Assembly (NCBI GenBank): GCA_018985225.1
Contig: JADGIF010000007.1
Coordinates: 15,771-47,770 of the forward strand
Length of the DNA stretch: 32,000 nucleotides
DNA from: Amoeboradix gromovi X-113
Taxonomy: Eukaryota; Fungi; Sanchytriomycota
Reading direction: 5' to 3'
In this document: positions 31,743-32,000 of the stretch, piece by piece
Layout: every line of letters starts with the position of its first letter
Position numbering within the stretch: the first letter of the stretch is position 1
Position numbers and translations under genes: made by a program
Notes under the pieces: generated by a model
What the model was told of the DNA's origin: nothing
Seen by the model: the letters and a program-made list of their open reading frames with translations, nothing else
Databases searched by the model: none

Positions 31743-32000
31743 AGATTATATTACTTTCTAAAAAATGGAGACTTTCAATTTGAAGGTTTAAATAAACTTC
31801 ACGAACTGTAGTCAGAGAGCAATAGAATGTTCTCCATGAAAACTCGAATAGAGGGATGTAGCGTTACGAAAAAGAAAGAGATATTGAGGTAGTAAATGTC
31901 CAAAACTCCACCAATACTTACCCAAAACCGTGGTATACAACTCTTGTGAGACTATCAAGTGAACGCTAGGATCATTAACACAAGAAAATTCAAGATAGGA

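Noticed and set aside
1-32000. Alternative nuclear code (TAA/TAG = Gln) as the cause of split ORFs
   Set aside because: Long Gln-rich genes such as myosin V have no internal TAA/TAG apart from the intron, conserved genes end at TAA, TAG and TGA, and the splits are frame changes explained by introns.
31896-32000. LL*DYQVNA resembling a superfamily-2 helicase Q motif (LRDYQ..A)
   Set aside because: Only about six residues match, there is an internal stop, and the window ends before a Walker A motif could be checked.

Overview
This is AT-rich, very compact eukaryotic nuclear DNA in the standard genetic code. It is most likely from an early-diverging fungus: it has a fungal-type Pmt2 and class V myosin, and a plant-type LRR surface protein of a kind I associate with sanchytrid-like algal parasites (taxon is inference only). 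The left ~14.8 kb is accessory and decaying: orphan ORFs, a frameshifted LRR receptor-like gene, and relics of a Sel1-repeat gene, a giant-virus-style ankyrin gene and a Sola-like DDE transposase. The right ~17 kb is tightly packed housekeeping genes: PMT2, a C2H2 zinc-finger protein, a SNF1/MARK-like kinase, Scd6/LSM14, an EamA transporter, myosin V, TFIP11/Ntr1 and a DUF6625-like glycosyltransferase. Two things stand out. (1) Four ultra-short spliceosomal introns (19, 19, 19 and 20 nt) share the architecture GTA-N7/8-YTAAY-N-WAG and exactly repair the split ORFs. (2) Two degenerate Fanzor2/TnpB-like relics lie 4.62 kb apart. They share a conserved block beyond the RuvC-III motif (50/67 nt identical, ungapped) that leads into a run of hairpins, a candidate omegaRNA scaffold. 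All calls were made by eye with no database searches.
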